A DNA stretch of 64,000 nt from an uncultured Schwartzia sp. (GTDB taxonomy: Bacteria; Bacillota; Negativicutes; Selenomonadales; Selenomonadaceae), in NCBI GenBank assembly GCA_964540025.1, contig CAZIKQ010000001.1, positions 31,260-95,259 on the forward strand. The letters run 5' to 3'. A program made the translations under genes and the position numbers. Below the pieces are notes generated by a model, which did not search any database, was not told where the DNA came from, and was given only the letters and a program-made list of their open reading frames with translations. Shown one piece after another: positions 9,520 through 18,490 of the stretch. The number at the start of each line of letters is the position of its first letter. Positions within the stretch are counted from its first letter, which is position 1.

Positions 9520-10665
9520 TTACACATCGCTTCTTATTTCGTTCAGAATTCTGTCTACCTGGGGCATGGTATCCAATTCCAGGGGGATACCCACCTTTCT
9601 GCATACCGACTCAAGGGCCGCGTAGACCTCTGCGTTTCTGACGATAAGCTCCTTCATTCTGCCGTGCTCCAGCACATAGTCATGAAGCATGAGGAACGCC
9701 ATTTCCCCGGTACTGACTCCCGCCTCTACCGGCATCATGATATTGATCCGTCCCGAGGTTTCGTCCAGGGCCAGGGCAAACTGCCAGTTGCCGATATTCC
9801 CTTTTTCATCTATGTAGTCCATGGGAGACCAGCCGTTGTAGAAAAAATCAAAATCCACCACCTGATCATTCTGCCTGGCCCGTTTTATCCGGCGGGCCAT
9901 TACCTCATCATTGAAGTCGTAGCTGCGGAAGATCATTTCCGGCTCCTTGTATTCCACCGGACCGGTGACCATCCGCTTCTGCTTCTCATCGTAATAGCGG
10001 GCCAGACAATAGCCTGCATCGTATTGCACCAGGATGGATTTCTTCAACTGATCCCGCAGGGCGGTGCGAAGCTCCACCAATGCCTCCATCACCACTTCCG
10101 CTTCATCATCCCGCAGGGTGCGGGGGATGGTGCGGCTGGCGGCGGAGGTGAAATAAAGCCACCGGCCCGCTCCCCGGAAGGATCGGCCCAGTTCCTTCAG
10201 GATCTGCCGGTTTTCTTCCGGCATCTCCGGCCGATCCCCCCAGCAAAGAATATAGGCATCCCGGTCATACATGACAAACTCCCGGGGCACTATGGGATCC
10301 CGGACGCTGAGGACGTCAAAGTCACAGAGTCCCTTTTGCCCGTGATAGAGGACAATTTTCTTTCCCGCCCGGGAAAAGGGGCTGGTTTCAAAGGACACCG
10401 CCATCTTTTCCCCATGAACCCTGAGCTCCAGCATCACCGGCATATACACATGATACCCCATCCAGGGTTCCATCGCTTCTATATCCGCGGCCAGGTCGTA
10501 GATGGTCTCCCAGAGTTTCAGGTTGCGACCGTCCTTTTTTACACATCCCCGCAGCTTCTCGTAGACAGCCCGCGCCGCCGCCTCTTCCTCAGACAGGCCG
10601 GTATCGTTTACCGTCTCGTCCATTGTTTTATTTCCCGAGCGTCTCATCCGCTTCATCCGATTCAC
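9520..10665 (-). CDS. hypothetical cytoplasmic protein
   Basis: 381-aa ORF with coding-like composition and no TM or signal peptide. It lies 23 nt upstream of the next gene, so the two are probably co-transcribed. No family recognised. Confidence 0.6.
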   Translation of the reverse strand: MNRMKRMRRSGNKTMDETVNDTGLSEEEAAARAVYEKLRGCVKKDGRNLKLWETIYDLAADIEAMEPWMGYHVYMPVMLELRVHGEKMAVSFETSPFSRAGKKIVLYHGQKGLCDFDVLSVRDPIVPREFVMYDRDAYILCWGDRPEMPEENRQILKELGRSFRGAGRWLYFTSAASRTIPRTLRDDEAEVVMEALVELRTALRDQLKKSILVQYDAGYCLARYYDEKQKRMVTGPVEYKEPEMIFRSYDFNDEVMARRIKRARQNDQVVDFDFFYNGWSPMDYIDEKGNIGNWQFALALDETSGRINIMMPVEAGVSTGEMAFLMLHDYVLEHGRMKELIVRNAEVYAALESVCRKVGIPLELDTMPQVDRILNEIRSDV

Positions 10666-10822
10666 CTTTTCATCCTGTCAGATTTACCCTCTGTCCGGCA
10701 GAAAGCCGCTCTCTGCCTTCCGTCATATTTTACTATATATTCACCCCTGGGGCAACGGCTGCAAGTCAATCATGTATACAGATATTTTCCTCCCGGCCTG
10801 TAGATGGTCTGGAGAAAATTGT

Positions 10823-10920
10823 GCTATAATGCCGTTGTTCAAGAAAATGCCCCAGGCATTTTCCTTCTTAATTTGCGCAGAGCGGCGATGCAGGTATCAG
10901 CTCCACCCTGTCAGCTAATG
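10823..10920. promoter_or_regulatory. conserved ~95-nt element, copy A (TG-extended -10 box + 9-bp inverted repeat + conserved tail)
   Basis: The plus strand reads TGCTATAAT (10822-10830), then 10 nt, then the inverted repeat AAGAAAATG-N7-CATTTTCCT (10841-10865). The tail reads GCGCAGAGCGGCGATGCAGGTATCAGCTCCACCCTGTCAGCTAATG. A second copy lies at 63127-63219, roughly three quarters identical by hand alignment. Confidence 0.5.
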
Positions 10921-11009
10921 CAAAACCCGCCAGTTACGGCTTGAAACGGGGGACAGCTTTTAGTCGTTTTCGTTCAATAATCTGCTTTTGGTTTGAAGGT
11001 GATGATTCC

Positions 11010-11792
11010 ATGAAGAGATTTCAATATTTTCTGCTGGCATCATTGCTGCCATTGCTTACCATTACCCTCTGGCACTATTTTTCCGAAAAATCCGGCAGCT
11101 ATCTGCTGCCAACGCCTGCCGCCGTCCTGTCCACCCTTAAAGGGATGGCTGTTTCCGGAGAATTGTCCCGCCATCTGGGGATAAGCTCCCTTCGGGTGGC
11201 CGAGGGTTTTTTCATCACTGCCGTTGCCGCCGTCTGCCTTGGCGCCGCTTTGGGGCTGTCCCCAATTCTTCACGCCCTGTTTTCCCGGTGGCTTGACTTT
11301 TGGCGGCAGGTTCCTCCCCTGTCTCTGCTGCCAATGCTCATCCTTTGGTTTGGTCTGGGGGAGCTGAGCAAGCTGGCCATCGTGATCCTTGCCACCTTCT
11401 TCCCGGTTTTCCTGGCTACCTATGACGCGGTCAGCCGTCCTGACAAAGAGCTGCTGGAGCTGGGCGCTTTATATGGATTATCTCCCTGGGAAAGCCTCAT
11501 GAGGCTCCGGCTGCCCATGGCCCTGCCTGAAGTGTTCACGGGTCTGCGGATCGGTCTTGGCTACAGCTGGCGTTCCCTCATCGGGGCAGAGATGTTCGCC
11601 TCCTCCTCCGGCCTCGGCTTCCTCATCATTGACGGCGAGGAGATGGCCCGCCCTGATATGGTTCTCGCCGGGATCATTGCCATTGGGATCGCCGGGTCCT
11701 GCGCGGATGCCCTGATGTGGGTTCTCTCCCGGCAAATCAGAGTTCTGCGGCCTACCAGCGCCATGCGCAACCTTACCGGGGGGCGGCTATGA
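11010..11792 (+). CDS. ABC transporter permease (SsuC/TauC/ThiX-type)
   Basis: The start was moved to ATG 11010 (MKRFQYFLLASLLPLLTITLW). It is a multi-TM binding-protein-dependent permease, and its stop overlaps the ATPase start (ATGA at 11789). Confidence 0.85.
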   Translation: MKRFQYFLLASLLPLLTITLWHYFSEKSGSYLLPTPAAVLSTLKGMAVSGELSRHLGISSLRVAEGFFITAVAAVCLGAALGLSPILHALFSRWLDFWRQVPPLSLLPMLILWFGLGELSKLAIVILATFFPVFLATYDAVSRPDKELLELGALYGLSPWESLMRLRLPMALPEVFTGLRIGLGYSWRSLIGAEMFASSSGLGFLIIDGEEMARPDMVLAGIIAIGIAGSCADALMWVLSRQIRVLRPTSAMRNLTGGRL

Positions 11793-12538
11793 AGGAAATA
11801 ATCATTCAGGGGCTCAGCAAAACGTTCCTCCTGGCCGGAAGGGGGAATCATATTGCCCTGAAGGATCTCTGCTGTACTATTTCTCCCGGCTCATTTAACG
11901 TCATTGTGGGAAAATCCGGCTGCGGCAAAACGACCCTGTTGCGGATAATCGCCGGTCTTGAACAGGCCGACGGCGGAGAAATAAAAAACCTGCCTCCAAA
12001 GAAAAAGCGCGGTCTCATGTTCCAGAGTCCCCGGTTCCTTCCCTGGCTCACCCTGTGGGAAAACGTTACCTTCTGGGAACACGGCCACTTCACCGCTGAG
12101 GAAATCTTGGAAGCAAAAAAAAAATCCGCCCGGCTGCTGAAGGCTTTTGGCCTGGCTGACTGGCAGGACTCTTTTCCCAGTCAGCTTTCCGGCGGCATGG
12201 CCCAGCGGGCGTCCCTTGTCCGGACCCTGGCCACCTCGCCCCAGCTGCTCCTGTTGGATGAGCCCTTTGCCGCGGTGGATTACTTCACCAGACTTCGCTT
12301 ACAGGAGGAAGTCGCCCGGCTTTGGCAGGAGCAGCCGGATTCCGCCCCTCTCACTATCGTCTTTGTCACCCACGATATCGGCGAGGCCTCAAGACTGGCC
12401 ACTCACATCCACATCATGTCCCAGGGCCGCATTACGGCCACCATAATGAACAATGAACCATATCCCCGTCCCCCGGTGACTGACCGCAGCGGGATTGAAG
12501 CGGCAATTCTTGCGACGCTTGATGCCAGTAACAAATAA
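11789..12538 (+). CDS. ABC transporter ATP-binding protein
   Basis: Starts MKEIIIQGLSKTF, with Walker A GKSGCGKTT, signature LSGGMAQR and Walker B LLLLDEPF. Confidence 0.9.
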   Translation: MKEIIIQGLSKTFLLAGRGNHIALKDLCCTISPGSFNVIVGKSGCGKTTLLRIIAGLEQADGGEIKNLPPKKKRGLMFQSPRFLPWLTLWENVTFWEHGHFTAEEILEAKKKSARLLKAFGLADWQDSFPSQLSGGMAQRASLVRTLATSPQLLLLDEPFAAVDYFTRLRLQEEVARLWQEQPDSAPLTIVFVTHDIGEASRLATHIHIMSQGRITATIMNNEPYPRPPVTDRSGIEAAILATLDASNK

Positions 12539-12553
12539 AAAGGAGTATATACC

Positions 12554-13522
12554 ATGAAAAAGATTATCGCCCTGATTTTAACCGTCAGTTCCCTGCTGGC
12601 CCTTGGCTGCGGCAGCAGTACCGCCCCCAGCCCCAGCAAGGAGTCTGTCCCCAAGCTGACTGAACTTAACCTGACCTACGTAAAATCTCCCCTGAACATT
12701 CCTTCCATCATTGAAAAGCGCCGCAGCGTATTTGAAAATGCTTTCGGCGCGGATGGAATCACCGTCAAATACAGCGACCTGAATGCCGGGCCCAAACAGA
12801 CGCAGGCTCTGGCGGCCGGTCAGATCGACGTCTGCCACGCCCTGGGCGGCACCAGCGCCATTCTGGCCGCCGCTAACGGGGTGGATTTGAAGATTGTCGG
12901 TATGTACAGCCGCGCCCCCCGAGCCTTTAACATCATCACCAAAAACCCCAACATCCGTTCCGTTAAGGATCTTAAAGGAAAAACCGTTGCGGGGCCAAAG
13001 GGTACTATTCTTCACCAGCTGCTCATTGCCGCCCTCCGGCGGGAGGGTCTCACCATCAACGATGTTAAATTCGTCTCCATGGGCATTCCGGAAACGGCCG
13101 CCGCCCTTGCAGGCGGAAGCGCTGACGCCGGTCTGCTGGCCGGGCCTGCCGCCCTTAAAATGACCGCCGGAGGAGCCCGGATCCTCTCTACCGGGGAAGG
13201 GCTTCTCGATGCCTCTATCGTCATCGCCATGCGGGGGGATTTTCTCAAAAAATATCCCGAGCAGGCGGAAAAATTTATGACAACCCACCGGAAGGTAGTT
13301 GCCAATTACCAAAAAGACCCAAAGGGATTCTACGGAGATGCGGCCGAGGAAACCGGCCTCACCATTCAGCAGGTGGACCACATGGCCAAATGGTATGATT
13401 TCGATCCTTCCATTTGCGACAGCGATATCAAAGACCTCGAGGCCACACAGCAGTTCCTTATCCAGACGGGAATGCTGAATGAGAGCAAAAAAATCGACAT
13501 CAACAGCCTGATTGCCAGGTAA
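12554..13522 (+). CDS. ABC substrate-binding lipoprotein, NMT1/THI5-SsuA-like
   Basis: Lipobox LLALGC. The ~300-aa periplasmic-binding fold has the pattern typical of NMT1/THI5-like (ThiY/SsuA) binders (LNLTYVKSPLNIP...GQIDV...). Confidence 0.75.
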   Translation: MKKIIALILTVSSLLALGCGSSTAPSPSKESVPKLTELNLTYVKSPLNIPSIIEKRRSVFENAFGADGITVKYSDLNAGPKQTQALAAGQIDVCHALGGTSAILAAANGVDLKIVGMYSRAPRAFNIITKNPNIRSVKDLKGKTVAGPKGTILHQLLIAALRREGLTINDVKFVSMGIPETAAALAGGSADAGLLAGPAALKMTAGGARILSTGEGLLDASIVIAMRGDFLKKYPEQAEKFMTTHRKVVANYQKDPKGFYGDAAEETGLTIQQVDHMAKWYDFDPSICDSDIKDLEATQQFLIQTGMLNESKKIDINSLIAR

Positions 13523-13573
13523 TACTGCCTGATGATTTTTCCAAGAGCAACCGAACAAGCGGAGAATGACAAA

Positions 13574-14842
13574 ATGAATTCTTTCATTCTACGGGGAAAC
13601 ATCGGCTTCAGCCAATCCCCTGATGAACTTCGGCTCTTTGCGAACAGCTTTCTCGTCTGCCAGGAAGGAAAGTGCCAGGGAGTTTTTTCCGGAATCCCAG
13701 AGAAATTTCGCGGCCTTCCCTTGAAGGATTACGGTAAAAGCCTCATTATCCCCGGCCTTATAGACCTTCATCTCCATGCTCCCCAGTTTCCTTTCCGGGG
13801 CATTGGCAGCGACAAGGAGCTGTTGGACTGGCTCAACACCTATACCTACCCGGAGGAAGGGAAATACAGCGACCTGACCTATGCGGACAAGGCCTACGGT
13901 ATATTCGTGACGGAGCTGCGAAAAAGCGCCACCACCAGAGCGGTAATATACGCTACCATCCATCGTGAGGCAACCCTCCGGCTGATGGACAAGCTGGAAG
14001 CCTCCAGTCTTGTAACCATGGTTGGTAAGGTAAACATGGACCGGAATTCCCCAGCCTACCTTACGGAAACCACCGAGGGCTCCATCAGGGAAACCCGGCG
14101 CTGGCTGTCGGAGGCTGCCGGCAAATATCAGCGGACGAAGCCTATAATCACTCCCCGGTTTATTCCCGCCTGCACAGACAAGCTCCTAAGGGCTTTAGGG
14201 AAAATTGCAGCGGAGTACAGCCTGCCGGTGCAGAGTCATCTGTCGGAAAACCTTTCCGAAATTGACTGGGTCAGAGAGATTGTTCCCTCGGCCGATACAT
14301 ACGGCGGTGCCTATGAAAAATTCAACCTCTTCGGCCGGGACGTTCCCTGTGTCATGGCCCACTGCGTTCACTCCTCCGCGGCAGAGCTGGATCTGATAAA
14401 GAAGAACGGCGTTTTCATCGCCCACTCCCCCGACTCCAACACAAACCTTTCCTCCGGTATTGCTCCCGTCAACCGGTACATCAGGCAGGGCTTAAAGGTG
14501 GGTCTCGCCAGCGACCTGGCCGGAGGCGCCGACATAAATATGCTGCGAATGATGGCCGAAGCCATCCGGGCCAGCCACCTGCGCTGGCGGCTGGTAGATG
14601 ATGAGCTTCCCGCCCTTTCCTTTGCCAATGTTTTTTATCTGGCCACAAAGGGCGGCGGCGAGTTTTTCGGCAAAGTGGGCTCCTTCGAGCCTGACTACGA
14701 ATTCGACGCCCTGGTCATCGACGACAGCGCCCTGATAACCCCTAATGAGCTTTCCCTGGCTGAAAGGCTGGAGCGTCTCCCCTTCCTGGCCGACGAGCGT
14801 CACATTCAGGCGAAATTCGTCTCCGGCCAACAGCTTTTCTAA
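13574..14842 (+). CDS. guanine deaminase-family amidohydrolase
   Basis: The start was moved to MNSFILRGN. The block IIPGLIDLHLHAPQFPFRGIGSDKELLDWLNTYTYPEEGKY...ATTRAVIYATIH matches the E. coli GuaD-type pattern (HxH...PQ...LLEWL..TFP.E). The exact substrate (guanine, 8-oxoguanine, pterin or another base) is not determinable from sequence. Confidence 0.7.
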   Translation: MNSFILRGNIGFSQSPDELRLFANSFLVCQEGKCQGVFSGIPEKFRGLPLKDYGKSLIIPGLIDLHLHAPQFPFRGIGSDKELLDWLNTYTYPEEGKYSDLTYADKAYGIFVTELRKSATTRAVIYATIHREATLRLMDKLEASSLVTMVGKVNMDRNSPAYLTETTEGSIRETRRWLSEAAGKYQRTKPIITPRFIPACTDKLLRALGKIAAEYSLPVQSHLSENLSEIDWVREIVPSADTYGGAYEKFNLFGRDVPCVMAHCVHSSAAELDLIKKNGVFIAHSPDSNTNLSSGIAPVNRYIRQGLKVGLASDLAGGADINMLRMMAEAIRASHLRWRLVDDELPALSFANVFYLATKGGGEFFGKVGSFEPDYEFDALVIDDSALITPNELSLAERLERLPFLADERHIQAKFVSGQQLF

Positions 14843-14869
14843 ACGCTTTCCCAGAAGGAGTGAATAATC

Positions 14870-15718
14870 ATGAGCAAACTTCATATCGGCTGTCATCTCT
14901 CCAATTCCAAGGGTTACTTGGCCATGGGCAGGGAGGCCCTGGAACTGGATGCCGATACATTTGCCTTCTTTACCCGCAATCCCCGGGGAGGCAAGGCCAA
15001 GGATATTGACCCGAAGGATGTGAACGATTTCCTGGCCCTCTGCCGTGAGCACAGCTTTGCCCCATTGGTGGCCCACGCCCCCTACACCCTGAATCCCTGC
15101 GCCGCCAAGGAAAATCTTCGGGACTTTGCCCGGGACACCATGGCTGATGATATTCGCCGGCTGGAGCTTACCCCCAACAATTACTACAATTTTCATCCCG
15201 GCAGCCACGTAGGTCAGGGAGCTGACGTGGGAATCGATCTGATCGCCGACCTGCTCAATTCCGTTCTTTACCCCCGGCAAACTACCACGGTACTGCTGGA
15301 AACCATGGCCGGCAAAGGCAGTGAAGTAGGCCGCTCCTTCGAGGAAATCCGGGCTATTATCGATAAGGTTTCCCTCAAGGAAAAGCTGGGAGTCTGCCTT
15401 GATACCTGCCACATTTCCGATGCAGGCTACGATGTGATCAATGACCTTGACGGAGTCCTTGCAGAATTTGACCGGATCATCGGCCTCGACCGCCTCAAGG
15501 CCATCCACCTGAACGACAGCCTCAACCCTCCCGCTGCCCGCAAGGACCGCCACGCCAGGATCGGTGAAGGCCACATCGGAATCGATGCCCTTGCCCGGGT
15601 GATCAACCACCCGAAGCTCAAGGACCTGCCATTTATCCTGGAAACGCCCAACGAACATGAAGGCTACAAAAAAGAAATCGCCCTTCTTCGTGAAGAACGG
15701 GCAAAAGCCGGAATCTGA
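14870..15718 (+). CDS. nfo: deoxyribonuclease IV (endonuclease IV)
   Basis: 282 aa with Nfo metal-site blocks [30 protein letters not shown] and IHLNDS. Confidence 0.9.
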   Translation: MSKLHIGCHLSNSKGYLAMGREALELDADTFAFFTRNPRGGKAKDIDPKDVNDFLALCREHSFAPLVAHAPYTLNPCAAKENLRDFARDTMADDIRRLELTPNNYYNFHPGSHVGQGADVGIDLIADLLNSVLYPRQTTTVLLETMAGKGSEVGRSFEEIRAIIDKVSLKEKLGVCLDTCHISDAGYDVINDLDGVLAEFDRIIGLDRLKAIHLNDSLNPPAARKDRHARIGEGHIGIDALARVINHPKLKDLPFILETPNEHEGYKKEIALLREERAKAGI

Positions 15719-15725
15719 CGCAAAA

Positions 15726-15769
15726 AGACCACTGCCCGGAGCATTTCCGCCGCAGTGGTCTTTATTTTT
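15726..15769. terminator. intrinsic terminator between nfo and convergent folB
   Basis: Stem AGACCACTGC (15726-15735) / GCAGTGGTCT (15752-15761) followed by TTATTTTT. Confidence 0.6.
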
Positions 15770-15777
15770 CGTAACCG

Positions 15778-16146
15778 TTACTTTATATCTTTCCGCGCCG
15801 TGCAGACTTCCACTTCTACACAATCAAGGGGTCCGGCAATGGGTACCGACGGTTTGCGGATGACAATGGTGCTGGACTCGGCCAGAGGAATTGCCTTCAA
15901 AATATCCACATTGACATTGTAGCCCAGCGTCTCAAGCTGCGTGTAGCGCTTGTTCTCAACGACATCACGGACAATAGCGTAAACTGACGCTGGCGAAGCG
16001 ACCTCCTTCGACCCATCCTCGGAAATTTTTTCATCGCTCGTCTCCACCTCTACATCGATGAAAAACTTCTGTCCCTGCTCACGCTCGTACTCATATACGC
16101 CGTGGAAACCGTAGAACATCATGTTTTTAATGCGCATCTTCGCCAT
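15778..16146 (-). CDS. folB: dihydroneopterin aldolase
   Basis: 122 aa. The N-terminus MRIKNMMFYGFHGVYEYEREQGQKFFIDVEV is the characteristic FolB signature. Confidence 0.85.
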   Translation of the reverse strand: MAKMRIKNMMFYGFHGVYEYEREQGQKFFIDVEVETSDEKISEDGSKEVASPASVYAIVRDVVENKRYTQLETLGYNVNVDILKAIPLAESSTIVIRKPSVPIAGPLDCVEVEVCTARKDIK

Positions 16147-16345
16147 TTTAATACCTCCTGATATTCGACTCTATCTCATAAGGCCATTGCTTACGAAAAG
16201 CCCTGGCTGTTTTCCTTTATATGAACTTCAATAATATTATTTATTTTTGACTTGTTCGCCGTAAAATTTTGATTTCCTGCTTTTAAGTAAATTTATTTTC
16301 CAAATTACCGGATAAATTTTATACCAGCATTTTTCTTCCTCTTTA

Positions 16346-16372
16346 TGAAAAAAGACCGCCTTACGGCGATCT
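16346..16372 (-). terminator. terminator of the three-gene secreted-protein operon
   Basis: The minus strand shows AGATCGCC-GTAA-GGCGGTCT followed by TTTTTT. A second hairpin lies at about 16396-16432, directly after the stop codon. Confidence 0.5.
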
Positions 16373-16438
16373 TCTTCTGCAAGTTGAAATTATAAAGGAA
16401 TTTCCAATTTATGGAATTAAGAAATTCCCTCTGCCTTT

Positions 16439-17308
16439 TTAGCGCACAAATACGACGGCGCAGTTATCGAGAAATCTGCTGGCGCGGTTTTCTATGAGGA
16501 TACGGTTAGCGTCGGCCACGGCGACGACAGGATTGCCGTTGTGGTTTTCCAGGGCAACGGCCTTGACTACCAGCGGATTATTTCCCGCGCGGCCTGCCGC
16601 TGACATATCACGGACGTAACCGGCCATACCGCTGCGGATGACTTTCTTCGAATCAAGATTTTTGTAACCATAAATCGGATAGCCCTGATCGTTTTTTATC
16701 ACGGGACTCATTACCGGCTGAAGATCCAAACCGCGGCAGTCCACAATCAAGCCGGTGAACCCGCCGACAGCCTGACCGACGGGAGCGGGAGCAGCGGAGG
16801 AGCCGCCAGTCGATGGAACGGTTACGTTAGGCATCGAGGGAGCGACGGAAGGAACCGGCTCAGGAAAGCTTTCGACCTTCTGGTTTTCCGGCATAACCGC
16901 ACTGGCCAAAGAGCTGACGGAGCCGTACATGGGCATGGACATCTTTACCCAATAAGTGCCGTCCTGATAAACGCCCTGCTCCACGACTTTGGCCCCTCGG
17001 AGCAAGCCGGATACCTTGGTGTTAATGACGTCGCTTACCGTCCGGGCCTTCTGAACGGTGGTCTCGGCATCCACCTGCACGCCGTTCACTATCGAAACAA
17101 GTTCCCGCTGGGCCAAAGTTTTGGCGGCGGTAAACCCGGAGACCCTATCCTGATCCGGCGCGCCATATCCAATGACCTCGATGGTCGCCGTTTCCCAGTT
17201 TGCCGCGCCTTCCGCTTCAGCGGCGGACGCCGCCGGCACTAAAAATACCGTGCACAACAAGCTCAGGCACAGGGCTTGAAACATTCGCGACAGTTCTTTG
17301 AATTTCAT
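16439..17308 (-). CDS. secreted LPP20/FlgT_N-like domain protein
   Basis: Signal peptide ...LLCTVFLVPAASA. The N-domain reads IEVIGYGAPDQ...AAKTLAQRELVSIVNGVQVDAETTVQKARTVSDVINTKVSGLLRGAKVVEQGVYQDGTYWVKMSM (LPP20-like pattern). A Pro/Ser linker leads to a second domain, GLIVDCRGLDLQPVMSPVIKNDQGYPIYGY. Confidence 0.55.
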   Translation of the reverse strand: MKFKELSRMFQALCLSLLCTVFLVPAASAAEAEGAANWETATIEVIGYGAPDQDRVSGFTAAKTLAQRELVSIVNGVQVDAETTVQKARTVSDVINTKVSGLLRGAKVVEQGVYQDGTYWVKMSMPMYGSVSSLASAVMPENQKVESFPEPVPSVAPSMPNVTVPSTGGSSAAPAPVGQAVGGFTGLIVDCRGLDLQPVMSPVIKNDQGYPIYGYKNLDSKKVIRSGMAGYVRDMSAAGRAGNNPLVVKAVALENHNGNPVVAVADANRILIENRASRFLDNCAVVFVR

Positions 17309-17368
17309 TTTGAATACCTCCGTTGTAAATTAAATATTGTTATAATGAAGATTTTACCGGTTAATTAT

Positions 17369-18490
17369 TTATCGCACCGCAATAGTCAGCGTATTGTACG
17401 AGGCTTCGCTCAGAATGAGTTCCGCTTCCACCGCCGCCGACAAATCCCGAAATAATGTTTGGGGAGAACCGCTGTACTGTACGGTAAAAACCCCGCGGCC
17501 ATCCGCATAATTTGCCAGCCGTGGATTCTTCACGCCGCGGACCTGACCGAGGGCGGCCTGGACGGCGTTAATTTTTGAAAAATCGGACCCGGTCACGATG
17601 ATTTCCAACCCCTGCCGGTTACCTGCTCCCAGCTTCATTATCTCGCCGGTCAAATATTCTCCCATCTGCTTACCGGCAGTTGCCAGCGCCTTTTTTGACG
17701 CCACCGCCTGTGAAATATCCAGGCCGGAACCATAAGTTCCGTCAGAGGCGATGATTTGACCGGTTCGAGCGATGTACATCTTCGCTTCCACCCGAGCCCG
17801 GCAGGAATGAAGCCCCGAACTCTGCCTACCGGGCAGCCATCTGGCCGGATCGCCTACTCCTTCGCTGAACGCCTCGCCCATAACTATGATATCGGCCTCA
17901 AAGAAGCGGGCGGCCAGCCGCATATCCTCCAGGTTCATGGCCCTATAGGATTTTGAAACCCATTCATAACTTGCCCCTGAAAGTTTCGGACTTGCCGCAA
18001 TCACGTTGGAAAATCCGGCTTCTATCAGGGATTTGACAACGGCGGTTTCCCCCGCTGGGTCAGGTATTCGGTATTGAATGTGGCGTTCGGGAATGTAAAC
18101 GGCAATTTTCGGATTTCGCAGGCGGTTTTCAATTATCCCAAGGCGGGTCAGTTCCGACATAAGTTTTGAATCCGGGTTGTCATTGACGTCGGCAACGATA
18201 GCGGTTTCCCATAAGCCATCCGAGATTTGTCTCTGGTTCTGCACCTTATAATCGGTAATGAATCCCCGGGAGTTTGTGTAAATCTGATCGCTTATCAGCT
18301 TCCCTTTTTCCACGAGGGTTTCCGAGTCCACCAGCACGCCCACCGCCGTCTCCACGGCCCGCCGCAGAGCGTCGTTTTCCGACTCTTCCACAGTCCGGCC
18401 GATACCGGTTACCGTAACGGTTTTAGCACATATCGTCCCGGGAGAAAGAAATATCAGGACCGCTCCCAATAATACCGCCAGCCGTCTCAT
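17369..18490 (-). CDS. secreted LPP20/FlgT_N-like multidomain protein
   Basis: Signal peptide MRRLAVLLGAVLIFLSPGTICA. The N-domain reads VTVTGIGRTVEESENDALRRAVETAVGVLVDSETLVEKGKLISDQIYTNSRGFITDYKVQNQRQISDGLWETAIVADV. The start overlaps the upstream stop (ATGA at 18490-18487). Confidence 0.5.
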   Translation of the reverse strand: MRRLAVLLGAVLIFLSPGTICAKTVTVTGIGRTVEESENDALRRAVETAVGVLVDSETLVEKGKLISDQIYTNSRGFITDYKVQNQRQISDGLWETAIVADVNDNPDSKLMSELTRLGIIENRLRNPKIAVYIPERHIQYRIPDPAGETAVVKSLIEAGFSNVIAASPKLSGASYEWVSKSYRAMNLEDMRLAARFFEADIIVMGEAFSEGVGDPARWLPGRQSSGLHSCRARVEAKMYIARTGQIIASDGTYGSGLDISQAVASKKALATAGKQMGEYLTGEIMKLGAGNRQGLEIIVTGSDFSKINAVQAALGQVRGVKNPRLANYADGRGVFTVQYSGSPQTLFRDLSAAVEAELILSEASYNTLTIAVR

